Shown: positions 1 through 12,145 of the stretch, piece by piece | Layout: each line of letters starts with the position of its first letter | How positions within the stretch are numbered: position 1 is the first letter of the stretch | Origin: Actinomycetota bacterium | Lineage (GTDB): Bacteria; Actinomycetota; Actinomycetes; Nanopelagicales; Nanopelagicaceae | Length of the DNA stretch: 64,000 nt | Reading direction: 5' to 3' | Assembly: GCA_947465575.1 (NCBI GenBank) | Contig: CANIBB010000001.1 | Location: forward strand, 2,804 to 66,803 | Position numbers and translations under genes: made by a program | Notes under the pieces: model-generated | Database searches by the model: none | Told to the model about the DNA's origin: nothing | What the model saw: only the letters and a program-made list of their open reading frames with translations

Positions 1-2
1 AA

Positions 3-692
3 ATCACTGGAAGCTTCACACAACTTGAGGCACAGGATCTTGCAAATGTTTTGAAATATGGTGCACTGCCACTTGCATTTGATCGTGGCGAAGTACAACA
101 GATCTCACCAACACTTGGCGCAGATCAACTCAATGCCGGTTTAATCGCCGGTGGTCTTGGACTACTCCTCGTATTTCTTTACTCCCTTCTCTACTATCGC
201 GGCCTAGGTCTTGTAACAGTTGGCTCGCTTTTAGTAGCAGGCTCACTCGTCTATCTACTCTTCCTACTTCTTGGAAAGTGGATCGGATTCACATTGACAT
301 TGGCGGGCATAGCCGGTGCGATCGTCGCAATCGGTGTTACTGCCGACTCATTTATTATCTACTTTGAGCGTATTCGAGATGAAATCAGAGAGGGCAGAAC
401 TCTCAGAACTGCCGTTGAAACTGGCTGGATGCGTGCGCGGCATACGATCCTTATCGCCGACTTTGTCTCCATTATCGCAGCTGTTCTTCTCTACTTCTTT
501 GCAGTCGGTGGCGTTCGCGGCTTTGCCTTCACACTCGGATTAACAACATTGGTAGACCTTATTGTTGTCTTCTCATTTACCAAGCCTCTTGTAACAATTC
601 TTGCCCGATTGAACTTCTACGCTTCGGGACACCCACTTTCTGGCCTCTCAGCCAAAAGCACCGGAACCCTGCCAGTAATAAAGGAGGCATAA
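3..692 (+). CDS. secD: Protein translocase subunit SecD, C-terminal part (5'-truncated by window)
   Basis: Frame is open from position 3 (ITGSFTQLEAQDLANVLKYGALP); contains SPTLG, TLAGIAG, ADSFIIYFERIRDE and VRGFAFTL motifs; directly upstream of secF. Confidence 0.97.
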   Translation: MTGSFTQLEAQDLANVLKYGALPLAFDRGEVQQISPTLGADQLNAGLIAGGLGLLLVFLYSLLYYRGLGLVTVGSLLVAGSLVYLLFLLLGKWIGFTLTLAGIAGAIVAIGVTADSFIIYFERIRDEIREGRTLRTAVETGWMRARHTILIADFVSIIAAVLLYFFAVGGVRGFAFTLGLTTLVDLIVVFSFTKPLVTILARLNFYASGHPLSGLSAKSTGTLPVIKEA

Positions 693-696
693 GTAA

Positions 697-1758
697 ATGT
701 CAAAGCTCTCAGGTATTGGTGGTCGTCTTTACCGCGGTGAAACATCTATCGATTTCATCGGCAGACGCCGTCGTTGGTACTCAATTTCGGCACTCTTCAT
801 CTTGCTCTCTATCGCAGCACTATCGCTACAGGGCCTTCACTTAGGTATCGAGTTCAAAGGTGGTTCGTCTTTTACGGTCAATAAAGCTGGTGCATCGATT
901 GAAGATGCACGTGCAGCCGTTGATGCGGTGGGCATTCCGGGAGAGATTATTGTTCAGAATATTGGTACCGATAAGGTCCGTGTTCAGACTTCAGCCCTTG
1001 ATGCGGCACAAAATAATGCTGTACAAGACGCCTTAGCATCAAAGTTTTCAGTAACAGTCGAATCAATTGATACGCAAATAGTTGGGCCTTCATGGGGTAA
1101 AGAGATCACTCGTAAGGCGCTTTATGGCCTCATTGGATTTCTTATCTGCGTAATGCTCTATCTTGCAATGGCCTTTGAACCCAAGATGGCAGTTGCGGCA
1201 ATTGTGGCAGTTGTACACGATGTTTTTATCACCGTAGGAATCTATGCCCTCGTCGGCTTTGATGTCACCCCTGCAACGGTGATTGGGTTCTTAACGATTC
1301 TTGGTTACTCGCTCTATGACACCGTTGTGGTCTTCGACAAGATTCGCGAAAATACTCGCACGATCACCGCCAGTTCAAAGAGTACGTATTCACAAGCTAC
1401 GAATTTGGCTGTAAATCAGACAATTGTTAGATCATTTAATACATCTCTTATCGCACTGCTGCCAGTTGGATCCATTTTGTTTGTAGGTGCCGGACTTCTT
1501 GGCGCCGGAACACTTAAAGATCTCTCGCTAGCACTCTTCATTGGTCTAGCCGTTGGTACGTACTCATCGGTCTTTATTGCACCGCCAGTGCTTGCTCAAC
1601 TTCGCGAAAAAGAGCCTGCGATGATCGCACTTGCAAAGCGCGTCAATGGACGTGGACCAGGCACACTGACCGCAAGTCCAGTAGCAGCGGCGGTAGCTCA
1701 TGCTCCGGGTCAAGTACGCGGACCACGCAATCAACCAAAGCGCAAAGGCCGCAAGTAG
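697..1758 (+). CDS. secF: Protein translocase subunit SecF
   Basis: LGIEFKGG, VGPSWG, GYSLYDTVVVFDKIREN motifs; SD AAGGAGG upstream. Confidence 0.97.
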   Translation: MSKLSGIGGRLYRGETSIDFIGRRRRWYSISALFILLSIAALSLQGLHLGIEFKGGSSFTVNKAGASIEDARAAVDAVGIPGEIIVQNIGTDKVRVQTSALDAAQNNAVQDALASKFSVTVESIDTQIVGPSWGKEITRKALYGLIGFLICVMLYLAMAFEPKMAVAAIVAVVHDVFITVGIYALVGFDVTPATVIGFLTILGYSLYDTVVVFDKIRENTRTITASSKSTYSQATNLAVNQTIVRSFNTSLIALLPVGSILFVGAGLLGAGTLKDLSLALFIGLAVGTYSSVFIAPPVLAQLREKEPAMIALAKRVNGRGPGTLTASPVAAAVAHAPGQVRGPRNQPKRKGRK

Positions 1759-1767
1759 GCAGTTAAC

Positions 1768-3930
1768 GTGGATACTTTGATTGCACCAGTAATTAGTGCG
1801 CTCAAGGAAAATCACGCCACAAGCAAGGGCGAAGATGTTGAACGGGCTTTTCTTATCGCCGAAAAAGCCCATGAAGGACAGCTCCGTAAATCGGGGGAGC
1901 GCTATATAACTCACCCAGTTGCTGTGGCTCAGATTTTGGCCGAGCTTGGCCTTAATACTGAAACAGTAATAGCTGCTCTATTGCACGATACCGTTGAAGA
2001 TACGCCCTACTCTTTGAAAGAGCTTCGTCGAGATTTTGGCGATGAGGTTGCAAATCTCGTTGATGGCGTAACCAAACTAGACAAACTTACATATGGCCCA
2101 ACGGCTGAGGCAGAGACTGTCCGCAAAATGGTCATCGCAATGTCGCGTGATATTCGAGTCCTCGTAATAAAACTTGCCGATAGATTGCATAATGCGCGAA
2201 CATGGAAATACGTCACCCACGAGAGCGCTGAACGCAAAGCGCGAGAGACGTTAGATATCTATGCTCCCTTGGCTCACCGCCTGGGTATGAACGCAATTAA
2301 ATGGGAGCTTGAAGATCTATCTTTTGAGATTCTAGAGCCAAAGAAGTTCGAAGAGATTTCACGGTTGGTTGCAGAGCGTTCACCTTCACGCGATTCTTTG
2401 ACTAAGCAAGTGATCGAAACGGTAACTCAGGATCTAGCTAAGGATGAGATTCATGCGACCGTCACGGGACGTCAAAAACACTACTTCTCGGTCTATCAAA
2501 AAATGGTGGTGCGAGGCCGAGAGTTTAATGAGATTTACGATCTCGTCGGAATTCGCGTGTTAGTTGATGATGTTCGCGATTGCTACGCCGTTCTTGGCTC
2601 GATTCACGCACGTTGGAGTCCGGTGCCAGGACGATTTAAAGATTATATAGCGATGCCAAAATTCAATCTGTATCAATCGCTCCACACAACGGTTATTGGT
2701 CCAACTGGTAAAGCAATTGAGATTCAAATTCGTACATTTGATATGCATTCACGTGCTGAATTTGGTATCGCTGCCCACTGGAAATATAAGCAGGGCCATG
2801 AAAACAACGAAACTTCTCCTGAGATGTTGTGGCTGCGACAGTTACACGAGTGGCAGAAGGAGACCGAGGATCCATCTGAGTTCTTAGAAGCTCTTCGCTT
2901 TGATTTGGGTTCGCCAGAAGTATTTGTATTTACGCCTAAGGGGAGTGTTGTGGCTCTGCCTGCAGGTTCAACACCGGTCGATTTCGCCTTCTCAGTTCAT
3001 ACCGATGTTGGAATCCGCTGCGCAGGTGCCAAAGTAAATGGCCGTTTAGTCCCACTTGAATCACGTTTGAGTAATGGCGATGTTGTTGAGATCGTGACGA
3101 ATAAGAGCGAACATGCGGGGCCGAGCCGGGATTGGCTTAACTTTGTTCAAAGTCCAAGGGCGCGATCAAAGATTAAAGCCTGGTTTAGTAAGGAGCGTCG
3201 TGAAGAGGCGATCGATGCCGGGCGTGAGTCGATTGCACGTCAGATGCGCAAGGCTGGTCTTCCGTTGCAGAAAATATTTGCGGGCCACTCACTTCTCGAG
3301 TTAGCTCACGATCTGCATTACTCCGATATCGAATCTCTGTATTCGGCAGTAGGTGATGGCCATGTTTCCGCCGCTTCGATTATTGATAAGTTAGTTGTGG
3401 CCCTCGGTGGTGATGATTCGCATCCAGAGCCAACGATGGATGTGCTACCAACGCGAGCGCCTACCTTGCGACGCTCAAGTAACGCCGTTGATGTAGAGGG
3501 TGCAGATGATGTATTAGTAAAGCTTGCTCGCTGCTGTACTCCCGTTCCAGGTGATCAGATTATGGGCTTTATTACTAAGGGCAGTGGAGTTTCAATTCAT
3601 CGCAGCGACTGCGTCAATGCCGATGACTTGCTCACTAATCAATCGGACCGTGTAGTCAAAGTTACCTGGAGAATCGGTGCGGGCTCTATCTTCCTGGTAA
3701 ACATTCAAGTTGAGGCTCTGGACAGAGCATCGCTATTGGCCGACGTTACTCGCACACTATCTGATCAGCATGTAAATATATTGAGCGCCTCAGTGAGTAC
3801 ATCTAAGGATCGCACTGCCTTCTCGCGCTTTACTTTTGAGATGGCCGATGCAACGCATTTAGATGCAGTCCTAGGTGCCGTGCGCAATATCGAAGGCGTC
3901 TATGACGTCTATCGAACAACTAATAATTGA
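1768..3930 (+). CDS. rel: Bifunctional (p)ppGpp synthetase/hydrolase Rel
   Basis: Intact HD motif (LHDTVED), KLADRLHN, RFKD and EIQIRT synthetase motifs, TGS domain (FTPKG), CCTPVPGD, C-terminal ACT domain. Confidence 0.97.
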   Translation: MDTLIAPVISALKENHATSKGEDVERAFLIAEKAHEGQLRKSGERYITHPVAVAQILAELGLNTETVIAALLHDTVEDTPYSLKELRRDFGDEVANLVDGVTKLDKLTYGPTAEAETVRKMVIAMSRDIRVLVIKLADRLHNARTWKYVTHESAERKARETLDIYAPLAHRLGMNAIKWELEDLSFEILEPKKFEEISRLVAERSPSRDSLTKQVIETVTQDLAKDEIHATVTGRQKHYFSVYQKMVVRGREFNEIYDLVGIRVLVDDVRDCYAVLGSIHARWSPVPGRFKDYIAMPKFNLYQSLHTTVIGPTGKAIEIQIRTFDMHSRAEFGIAAHWKYKQGHENNETSPEMLWLRQLHEWQKETEDPSEFLEALRFDLGSPEVFVFTPKGSVVALPAGSTPVDFAFSVHTDVGIRCAGAKVNGRLVPLESRLSNGDVVEIVTNKSEHAGPSRDWLNFVQSPRARSKIKAWFSKERREEAIDAGRESIARQMRKAGLPLQKIFAGHSLLELAHDLHYSDIESLYSAVGDGHVSAASIIDKLVVALGGDDSHPEPTMDVLPTRAPTLRRSSNAVDVEGADDVLVKLARCCTPVPGDQIMGFITKGSGVSIHRSDCVNADDLLTNQSDRVVKVTWRIGAGSIFLVNIQVEALDRASLLADVTRTLSDQHVNILSASVSTSKDRTAFSRFTFEMADATHLDAVLGAVRNIEGVYDVYRTTNN

Positions 3931-3931
3931 A

Positions 3932-5230
3932 TTAGCTGAACTCAGCCAAACTCTTTTCCGCCTCGGCTAGCCATACTTTTCTAGCAGCTGCAGATTCGAG
4001 AGCCTCGGTCGCCTTTTTAGCATTCCCCGCGGCCTGTGATTTTGCAGCTACCTTTTCGTAGTTTTCGATCGAGTCGCTCAGTTGCTTAACAACCTCTTCG
4101 GCGCGGGCTTTGGCTGCAGGGTCACTCTTGCGCCAATGCGCAGCCTCTGCCTCTTTGATAACGCTCTCAACTGCGTGCACTCGAGCATCTAGGGATGTGC
4201 GCTTATCGCGGTGAGTCATCCCGATTTTGCTCCAACTATTCATATGCTCGCGCAAGGCCTTCTTTGCCTCTTCGAGATTTGTCACTGGCAGCAAGGCTTC
4301 AATTAAGATAACGAGCTCTTCGCGTTTAATCAGATTAGTTGCCATCGTGACATCGCGTTTTTCTAAATCAGCGTTCTTAGCAGTGAAGAACTGATCTTGT
4401 GCGGCTTTAAATCTCGCCCACATCTTTGCATCATCACTTGGCTTGCCACGTCCTGAAGCTTTCCAAGCATCCATAAGCGATTTGAAACGCTTGGCAGTCG
4501 GTACCCATTCAGTAGAAGTTGCAAGTGATTCAGCTTCAGTAATGATTGCCTTCTTAGCATCCGAGACAACACTCTGCACGGCCTCAAGGGCGGCAAAATG
4601 TGTACGACGGCGCTTATCAAACTTATTTCGAGATGAGGAGAATCTCTTCCAGAGATCGGCATCTGCCTTCTTATCGAGGCGCGGAGCTGACTTCCACTCA
4701 TCGAGCAAAACCTTTAAGCGATCACCGGTAACTTTCCATGACTCTGACTGAGCTAATGATTCGGCCTCAGCAACTATCTTTTCCTTCTCAATTAAAATCT
4801 GTTCAAGGCGTGCTTTCTTTGCCGCCGTTTCAGCAGCCTTCTTTGCCTCGTATGCCTCGCGGTGGCCTTCGATAAGAGGCTCAATCTGCTCGACCGAGGC
4901 CGATAATGCATCCAAGTCGCCAACGGCATTGAGCTCTCTGACTTGATCGCGAAGTTTCTTTACCGCGATGTAGGCATCAGATGGGACAAGTGCGCCACTT
5001 TTAATTCGAGCGGCAAGTAGTGCGACCTCTGCGGCGAGCATTTCAAATTTGCGTACAAAGTATGCAAGGGCCTCTTCGGCGCTCTTGCCAGGATATGAGC
5101 CAACGGGTTTTTCTCCGCTAGATGTGCGGACGTAAACGGTGCCATCGTCGGCGACGCGTCCAAAGGCTGCAGGATCTCCAATCAGGGCGCTGGCCGCTGA
5201 TGCTTGTGGTGCTGGATTAATATCGGTCAT
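3932..5230 (-). CDS. DUF349 domain-containing protein
   Basis: N-terminal FGRVADDGTVYV and repeated helical W..F...R.FF units (LWKRFSSSRNKF, MWARFKAAQDQFF); usual position opposite rel; SD GAAAGGA. Confidence 0.85.
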   Translation of the reverse strand: MTDINPAPQASAASALIGDPAAFGRVADDGTVYVRTSSGEKPVGSYPGKSAEEALAYFVRKFEMLAAEVALLAARIKSGALVPSDAYIAVKKLRDQVRELNAVGDLDALSASVEQIEPLIEGHREAYEAKKAAETAAKKARLEQILIEKEKIVAEAESLAQSESWKVTGDRLKVLLDEWKSAPRLDKKADADLWKRFSSSRNKFDKRRRTHFAALEAVQSVVSDAKKAIITEAESLATSTEWVPTAKRFKSLMDAWKASGRGKPSDDAKMWARFKAAQDQFFTAKNADLEKRDVTMATNLIKREELVILIEALLPVTNLEEAKKALREHMNSWSKIGMTHRDKRTSLDARVHAVESVIKEAEAAHWRKSDPAAKARAEEVVKQLSDSIENYEKVAAKSQAAGNAKKATEALESAAARKVWLAEAEKSLAEFS

Positions 5231-5406
5231 GGTGGTGATCCTTTCAGCGCGTTGTTCATTATGAACGTCGCTATGTATGTCGTGGGTGCGTTCGAGGGTT
5301 AGTTCGAATGCAGCGGAATTGAGCGTTTAGGTAGGGTAAAAGGTACCCTGTCCCTGCCTCATAGCGTCAATCGCCTATGACGCACGAGAAAAGCGGAGGT
5401 ATGCAG

Positions 5407-6069
5407 ATGCTTGTCGCCTCTTTCGCAGCCCCCATGTTTGCCACCAACTGCTGGGTAATAGCTACCCAGGCCGGCTCCGAATGCGTCGTAGTAGATCCTG
5501 GGATGCCCGATGTCTCTGATCAACTATCGGCGATTCTCAATGAGTTCAGGCTCAAGCCAGTGGCGGTTATCGCAACCCATGGCCACTTAGACCACACCTT
5601 TTCCATCACCCCAATCGCCGATGGATATTCAATTCCGGCATATATCCACAGCGCCGATAGGTTGGCGCTGTGCCACCCCGAACGAGTTTTGAGCCCAGAA
5701 TTTGCTGCGACATTGGAGGGCATGGAGTTTATTGAGCCAAAGGATGTAAGAGAATTACGCAATGGTGAGCTTCTTGAACTCGTTGGCCTTAACTTTAAGG
5801 CTATCCACGCTCCAGGTCACACCGCTGGTTCGCTGATGTTCGAAGTTTCAGATGAGCTCTTGATTAGCGGAGATGTTCTCTTTGCTGGCTCCATTGGACG
5901 TACCGATCAACCAACGGGCTCATCGAAAGATATGGAACAGACTCTGCGCAAAAAAATTCTTCCACTCGGGGACCATTTGCGAGTCCTTCCTGGCCATGGA
6001 CCAGAGACAACGATTGCACGAGAGCGAAAAAATAATCCGTTTCTTACCGCTCTTAAAGGTCGTTACTAA
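5407..6069 (+). CDS. MBL-fold metallo-hydrolase (glyoxalase II-like)
   Basis: THGHLDH, PGHT, SGDVLF and PGHG motifs; start chosen at ATG 5407 after SD GGAGGT. Confidence 0.9.
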   Translation: MLVASFAAPMFATNCWVIATQAGSECVVVDPGMPDVSDQLSAILNEFRLKPVAVIATHGHLDHTFSITPIADGYSIPAYIHSADRLALCHPERVLSPEFAATLEGMEFIEPKDVRELRNGELLELVGLNFKAIHAPGHTAGSLMFEVSDELLISGDVLFAGSIGRTDQPTGSSKDMEQTLRKKILPLGDHLRVLPGHGPETTIARERKNNPFLTALKGRY

Positions 6070-7319
6070 TGTCTGCACAAAAGTTTCAAGCCCCAAAGGG
6101 AGTCAGCGAATATTTTCCGCCGCGTTCAAAGTTATTTGAGTTCGTACGAGAGTGCCTGATTGCACCGGCACGCTTAGCGGGCTATCAATTAATGGAGTTA
6201 CCGGTATTTGAGGATACTGAGCTTTTTAAGCGTGGAGTAGGGGAGTCGACAGACGTAGTCTCCAAAGAGATGTACACATTCACCGATCGTGGTGATCGTT
6301 CAATCACGCTTCGCCCCGAAGGAACTGCTGGAGCAATGCGCGCAGTTATCGAACATGGATTAGATCGCGGCCAGTTACCGGTAAAGATTTGGTATTCAGG
6401 TGCCTACTTCCGTGCCGAACGTCCGCAAGCGGGGCGCTATCGACAGTTCTATCAAGTTGGAATTGAGGCGATTGGACTCGATGACCCAGCAATCGATGCT
6501 GAAGTAATAGCAATCGCAGATGCCGGTTTTAAAGCTATCGGTTTGAAGAAGTATCGATTGGAGTTAACCTCTCTGGGAGATAGCCAATCGCGTGCTGCTC
6601 ACCGCGTTGATTTACTAAAGTTTATTGCAACACTTGATTTAGATGATGCAACAGCTGTACGTGCGCAGGTCAATCCACTTCGACTCTTTGATGATAAGCG
6701 CGAAGAGATGAAAAAAGCGATGTCGAAGGCTCCATTACTGATGGATTATTTAAGCGATGAATCACGCGCACACTTTGAAGCCGTTAAGGGTTACTTAGAT
6801 GCTTTAGGAATTTCCTATCAACTCAATCCTCACATGGTGCGCGGTCTGGATTATTACACCGGCACGACCTTCGAGTTCATTCACGATGGCCTCGGTGCGC
6901 AATCTGGAATTGGCGGCGGGGGTCGATATGACGGCCTCATGCAGGAGTTGGGAGGCCAAGAGCTTTCAGGTATTGGATTTGGTCTTGGTGTTGATCGAGC
7001 ACTGCTTGCAGCCGAGTTTGAAGGCGTTCTCGCCCAGGATGGTTTTGTATCTGACCTCTTCGTCATTCCACTTGGAGACGCGGCAATGGTGGAGAGTTTA
7101 AAAATCGCAACGGCACTACGTTTAGCAGGCAAGCGTGTTGAGATCGCATTTGGGTCTCGTGCTTTAAAGGCTTCGATGAAGGCGGCCGATAAAAGTGGTG
7201 CCCGTTACGTAATTGTTCTTGGCGATGAAGAGATGGCGAGCCAGAGCGTAGAGCTTAAAAACATGAACTCCGGTGTATCCACATCGGTTAGGATTGACTC
7301 CTTAATCAACGCACTGTAG
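6069..7319 (+). CDS. hisS: Histidine--tRNA ligase
   Basis: [33 protein letters not shown] motifs. Confidence 0.98.
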   Translation: MSAQKFQAPKGVSEYFPPRSKLFEFVRECLIAPARLAGYQLMELPVFEDTELFKRGVGESTDVVSKEMYTFTDRGDRSITLRPEGTAGAMRAVIEHGLDRGQLPVKIWYSGAYFRAERPQAGRYRQFYQVGIEAIGLDDPAIDAEVIAIADAGFKAIGLKKYRLELTSLGDSQSRAAHRVDLLKFIATLDLDDATAVRAQVNPLRLFDDKREEMKKAMSKAPLLMDYLSDESRAHFEAVKGYLDALGISYQLNPHMVRGLDYYTGTTFEFIHDGLGAQSGIGGGGRYDGLMQELGGQELSGIGFGLGVDRALLAAEFEGVLAQDGFVSDLFVIPLGDAAMVESLKIATALRLAGKRVEIAFGSRALKASMKAADKSGARYVIVLGDEEMASQSVELKNMNSGVSTSVRIDSLINAL

Positions 7320-7339
7320 AAAGCGAAACCACACTCACT

Positions 7340-9091
7340 ATGTTAAGAAGTCATGAAGCAGGCACTTTACGTAAATCTGACGCTGGAAAAACTGTCACTT
7401 TGGCAGGTTGGGTCTCAAGGCGTCGAGATCATGGTGGAGTTGCCTTTATCGACCTTCGCGATGCTTCAGGCTCAGTTCAGGTTGTTATCCGCGATGAAAA
7501 GATCGCAGGAGCCCTTCGCGCTGAGTGGTGCTTATTAATTACTGGTGAGGTAATGGCACGCCCTGCGGGCAATGAAAATACGAATATTCCTACGGGTGAG
7601 ATCGAGATTATGGGCGACACTGTAGTTGTACTGAGCGAGTCTGCGCCTCTGCCATTTCCAGTCGATAGTGGAAATGATTCAGATATCAGCGAAGAGGTTC
7701 GCCTCAAGTATCGCTACTTAGATTTGCGTCGTGAGAAGCCAGCTGCAAATCTTCGGCTTCGCTCCAAGGTCACATCTACTATCCGTAGAGTCATGGAAGA
7801 TGAAGCATTCCTAGAAATTGAAACACCGTACTTAACCCGCTCCACCCCAGAAGGTGCACGCGACTTTTTAGTCCCAGTACGTTTGCAGCCAGGCAGCTGG
7901 TATGCCCTTCCTCAATCGCCGCAGCTTTTTAAACAGCTATTAATGGTTGCAGGTATGGAAAAGTACTATCAAATCGCACGCTGCTTTCGCGATGAGGATT
8001 TTCGTGCCGATCGTCAGCCAGAGTTCACGCAGTTAGATATTGAGATGTCCTTTATCGATCAAGAGGATATTTTAGCTGTTGCTGAAAAAATCGTTGCAAA
8101 GATCTGGCAAGAGGCAGTTGGCTACACAATTCCACTGCCACTTGCACGCATGACCTATGCCGATGCGATGGCTCGATTTGGTTCTGATAAGCCAGATCTG
8201 CGTTTTTCTAATGAGCTCTCCGAGCAGACTTCATATTTTGCGGATACCACCTTCAGAGTTTTTCAAGCACCATATGTTGGCGCAGTTGTCATGCCAGGGG
8301 GAGCGGGCTCACCACGTCGCGAACTTGATGCGTGGCAAGATTGGGCAAAGGCACGAGGTGCAAAAGGCTTGGCTTATATTCTTATAAACGAAGATTCATC
8401 TCTGGGTGGACCTGTTGCTAAAAACTTAAGCGAGAGCGAGTGCGCAGGCATCGCTGCGGCAACGGGTGCAAAACCCGGAGATGCAATATTTTTCGCCGCG
8501 GGAGAGCGCAGTGCCTCGCTGAACTTACTTGGGGCCGTTCGTCTTGAGATTGGCAAACGTTGCGGATTAATTAATCAAGGCGCTTGGGAGTTTTTGTGGG
8601 TCGTTGACGCACCAATGTTTGAACCGACCGACAACGGCGGTTGGACTGCGGTGCACCATCCATTCACAGGTCCTAAGCCAGAGTTTGCGACTAGCTTTGC
8701 CAGTGATCCAGGCAACGCCTTGGCCTATGCCTACGATATTGTTTTAAATGGCACCGAACTCGGCGGAGGCTCGATTCGTATTCATGATCAGAAAATGCAA
8801 AAGGATGTCTTCCGCGTCATTGGGTTAAGCGATGAAGAGGCGGTTTCAAAATTTGGTTTCTTACTGGAGGCCTTTAACTACGGTCCACCTCCGCATGGCG
8901 GAATCGCCCTTGGCCTTGACCGTGTCTGCGCACTTCTGACCGGCTCTGATTCGATTCGCGAAGTTATCGCTTTTCCTAAAACCGCTAGCGGTGGGGATCC
9001 ACTAACTGGCGCACCAACACCGATAACTACGGCACAGCGCAAGGAGAGCGGAATCGATGGCTCACCTAAGAACTCGCCTCAGGTAGACTAA
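7340..9091 (+). CDS. aspS: Aspartate--tRNA ligase (probably non-discriminating)
   Basis: [47 protein letters not shown]; His in RDHGG is typical of ND-AspRS. Confidence 0.98.
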   Translation: MLRSHEAGTLRKSDAGKTVTLAGWVSRRRDHGGVAFIDLRDASGSVQVVIRDEKIAGALRAEWCLLITGEVMARPAGNENTNIPTGEIEIMGDTVVVLSESAPLPFPVDSGNDSDISEEVRLKYRYLDLRREKPAANLRLRSKVTSTIRRVMEDEAFLEIETPYLTRSTPEGARDFLVPVRLQPGSWYALPQSPQLFKQLLMVAGMEKYYQIARCFRDEDFRADRQPEFTQLDIEMSFIDQEDILAVAEKIVAKIWQEAVGYTIPLPLARMTYADAMARFGSDKPDLRFSNELSEQTSYFADTTFRVFQAPYVGAVVMPGGAGSPRRELDAWQDWAKARGAKGLAYILINEDSSLGGPVAKNLSESECAGIAAATGAKPGDAIFFAAGERSASLNLLGAVRLEIGKRCGLINQGAWEFLWVVDAPMFEPTDNGGWTAVHHPFTGPKPEFATSFASDPGNALAYAYDIVLNGTELGGGSIRIHDQKMQKDVFRVIGLSDEEAVSKFGFLLEAFNYGPPPHGGIALGLDRVCALLTGSDSIREVIAFPKTASGGDPLTGAPTPITTAQRKESGIDGSPKNSPQVD

Positions 9092-9095
9092 AGCC

Positions 9096-9455
9096 ATGGG
9101 ACCAGGTGGAATTGCAACGATTATTGCATCGTGTGGGCTTTTTATTATCGCCATCGCGATTAGTTATGTCGTAATACGAGTAGGTCGCTTTATTGATGAG
9201 GCGAAGGTTTCCCTCAAATCACTCACCGATGAGACAGCCCCACTTATTGAAGAGGTTCACACGACTGTAACTTTAGTAAATGGTCCGTTGAAGAGTATTA
9301 ACCGCATAACAAAAAATGCCGAAGATATCTCTGAGAAGGTAAGCGATGCAACTAGTTCATTTATGAATAAGAACGGTTCGGCCGTTAAAGTCGCAGCCGC
9401 GCTTTTAACTGCTGCCTCAAAGAACAAATCGCGCTCTAAGAAGAAGGCTGAGTGA
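9096..9455 (+). CDS. DUF948 family membrane-anchored protein
   Basis: N-terminal TM helix followed by coiled coil; usual position upstream of alaS in Actinobacteria. Confidence 0.75.
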   Translation: MGPGGIATIIASCGLFIIAIAISYVVIRVGRFIDEAKVSLKSLTDETAPLIEEVHTTVTLVNGPLKSINRITKNAEDISEKVSDATSSFMNKNGSAVKVAAALLTAASKNKSRSKKKAE

Positions 9456-9464
9456 TCTCAGTAC

Positions 9465-12137
9465 GTGGAATCCGCCGAGATCCGCGCGCGCTGGCTGCGC
9501 TTCTTTGAATCAGATAATCGCCAGGGTTTAACGCACACCGTTGTTCCTTCGGCCTCTCTGATCGCCGATGATCCCAATCTCTTACTCGTTAACGCAGGAA
9601 TGGTTCCATTCAAACCCTATTTCTTAGGTGAAGTAACTCCACCTTTTAAGCGTGCAACCTCGGTACAAAAATGCGTTCGAACTTTAGATATCGATGAAGT
9701 TGGAAAGACAACACGTCATGCCTCATTTTTTCAAATGTGTGGAAATTTCTCGTTCGGTGATTACTTTAAAGAGGGTGCGATTGCACTTGCTTGGGAGCTG
9801 CTCACACGTCCAATTAACGATGGTGGTTACGGATTAGCTGAAGATAGATTATGGATAACTGTCTTTCTTGATGATGATGAAGCGGCAAATATCTGGCATG
9901 AAAAAATCGGCGTACCAAAAGAGCGTATCCAGCGAATGGGCATGGGAGATAATTTCTGGTCCATGGGTGTGCCAGGACCGTGCGGTCCATGCTCTGAGAT
10001 TTATTATGATCGAGGACCAGCATATGGAAAAGACGGTGGACCAATCGCCGATGAGAATCGCTACATGGAGGTATGGAACTTAGTCTTCATGCAAAATGAG
10101 CGAGGTGTCGGTAGCGGTAAAGATGATTTCCCAATTCTGGGTGAGCTTCCAGCAAAGAGTATTGATACGGGTCTTGGACTTGAAAGAATGGCCGCGCTTT
10201 TGCAGGGCGTAGAAAACATCTATGAAATCGATACAACCATGCAGATATTAAACAAGGCCTGCGAATTAACTGGCGTGGCATATGGCGCATCCCAAAAATC
10301 TGATATTTCTCTGCGTGTTATTGCAGATCATGCACGAACCTCGGCGATGCTCATTGGCGATGGCGTGACCCCAGGCAATGAGGGTCGTGGATATGTTCTT
10401 CGACGCATGATGCGTAGAACGATTCGCAATATGCGCCTTCTGGGGTCGATGGATCCGATCATGTCAGAGCTAACTGTTGCCGCGATCGGCGCAATGGGTC
10501 CACAGTATCCAGAGTTAGTAAGTGATAAGAAGAGAATTTTGTCAGTCAGTGTTTCTGAGGAAGAGAGTTTCCTTCAGACTTTAAAAAGCGGAACAAGTAT
10601 TTTCGATGTTGCAAGCGCATCATTAAAGAAGAGCAAGAGTTCAATACTGCCTGGTGCAGAGGCCTTCAAGCTTCATGACACGTATGGCTTTCCCTTTGAT
10701 TTGACGCTGGAAATGGCGCGAGAAGAGGGCCTTGAGGTCGATGAAGAGGGTTTCAGAAGGTTAATGACAGAGCAGAAGGATCGCGCGAAGGCCGATTCGC
10801 GTGCAAAGAAGAGTGGACACACAGATGTGAGTGAGTATCGCGTAATTGCCGACAAGAACGGTAAGAGTGAGTTCTGTGGCTATACATCGACCACGTCAGA
10901 GTCGACCATCACCGGAATATTGCTTGACGGAGTTTCAAGTAAGAGTGCGAGCGAAGGCGATGAAGTAGAGATTATTTTGAATCGTACGCCTTTTTATGCC
11001 GAGGGCGGCGGACAGTTAGCTGACGGCGGAAAAATCACTCTCGGCAATGGTGCGATGGTTGAGATTGACGATGTTCAGACTCCTGTTCCTGGAGTTTTTG
11101 TTCATCGCGGACGTGTAGTCCAAGGGGGCGTTGAACTTGGCGATGAGGTACTTGCCGCCATTGACGTCGAGCGTCGCGAGGCAATCTCTCGCGCACATAC
11201 TGCGACACATATGGTTCATAAAGCCTTCCGTGAAATATTAGGTGAGACTGCAACTCAAGCTGGTTCAGAGAACTCACCTGGGCGCTTTCGTTTTGATTTC
11301 CCATCAACCGGAGCCGTGCCAGATAGCGTCATTAACGATGTCGAATCTCGTGTCAATACCCTGTTGCTAGATAACTTAGAGGTCACTGCCGAAACAATGT
11401 CACAGGCGCAAGCTAAAGAGTTAGGCGCAATGGCGCTCTTTGGCGAAAAGTATGGCGACCAAGTAAGAGTTGTGAGCGTTGGTGATTGGGCGCGTGAATT
11501 GTGCGGGGGAACCCACGTTAAACGCTCTGGTCAATTAGGTGTTGTTAAGTTACTGAGCGAATCGTCAATCGGAGCGGGAGTGCGTAGAGTCGAAGCACTC
11601 GTTGGTGTAGATGCGTACAAATTTCTAGCTCGTGAACACATTCTCCTTAACTCTCTGACATCGATTATTAAAGGGGCACGAGTAGAGGAGTTACCAGAGC
11701 GAATTTCAGATCTACTCCTTAAAATTCGAGATATTGAAAAAGAGCTTGGTGCTGTGCGCTCGAACGCTGCCTTTGCTCAAGTTGATTCGATCGCTAAGAG
11801 TGCGGTTGTAATCAATGGAGTCACAACTATTCTCGCCCTGCTCGCTGATGGGATTTCAGGTGATGATTTACGGAAAATCGCCCTTGAACTTCGTGCCAAA
11901 GCTACGTGCAGCGTTGTCGCTCTGATTAGCGCCAATGACGCGAAACCAATCTTGGTCGTTGCCGCAAGTGATGCTGCACGTACGCAGGGAGTTAAAGCAG
12001 GAGCACTTGTGAAGATTGGTTCGGCCGTTTTAGGCGGCGGCGGTGGAGGAAAAGATGATTTTGCCCAAGGCGGTGGAACCGACATCTCGAAGGCCAATGA
12101 GGCTTTGATGGCAATCACCACTGCTCTTAAAGGATAA
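9465..12137 (+). CDS. alaS: Alanine--tRNA ligase
   Basis: [46 protein letters not shown] motifs. Confidence 0.98.
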   Translation: MESAEIRARWLRFFESDNRQGLTHTVVPSASLIADDPNLLLVNAGMVPFKPYFLGEVTPPFKRATSVQKCVRTLDIDEVGKTTRHASFFQMCGNFSFGDYFKEGAIALAWELLTRPINDGGYGLAEDRLWITVFLDDDEAANIWHEKIGVPKERIQRMGMGDNFWSMGVPGPCGPCSEIYYDRGPAYGKDGGPIADENRYMEVWNLVFMQNERGVGSGKDDFPILGELPAKSIDTGLGLERMAALLQGVENIYEIDTTMQILNKACELTGVAYGASQKSDISLRVIADHARTSAMLIGDGVTPGNEGRGYVLRRMMRRTIRNMRLLGSMDPIMSELTVAAIGAMGPQYPELVSDKKRILSVSVSEEESFLQTLKSGTSIFDVASASLKKSKSSILPGAEAFKLHDTYGFPFDLTLEMAREEGLEVDEEGFRRLMTEQKDRAKADSRAKKSGHTDVSEYRVIADKNGKSEFCGYTSTTSESTITGILLDGVSSKSASEGDEVEIILNRTPFYAEGGGQLADGGKITLGNGAMVEIDDVQTPVPGVFVHRGRVVQGGVELGDEVLAAIDVERREAISRAHTATHMVHKAFREILGETATQAGSENSPGRFRFDFPSTGAVPDSVINDVESRVNTLLLDNLEVTAETMSQAQAKELGAMALFGEKYGDQVRVVSVGDWARELCGGTHVKRSGQLGVVKLLSESSIGAGVRRVEALVGVDAYKFLAREHILLNSLTSIIKGARVEELPERISDLLLKIRDIEKELGAVRSNAAFAQVDSIAKSAVVINGVTTILALLADGISGDDLRKIALELRAKATCSVVALISANDAKPILVVAASDAARTQGVKAGALVKIGSAVLGGGGGGKDDFAQGGGTDISKANEALMAITTALKG

Positions 12138-12145
12138 TTGCAGGC

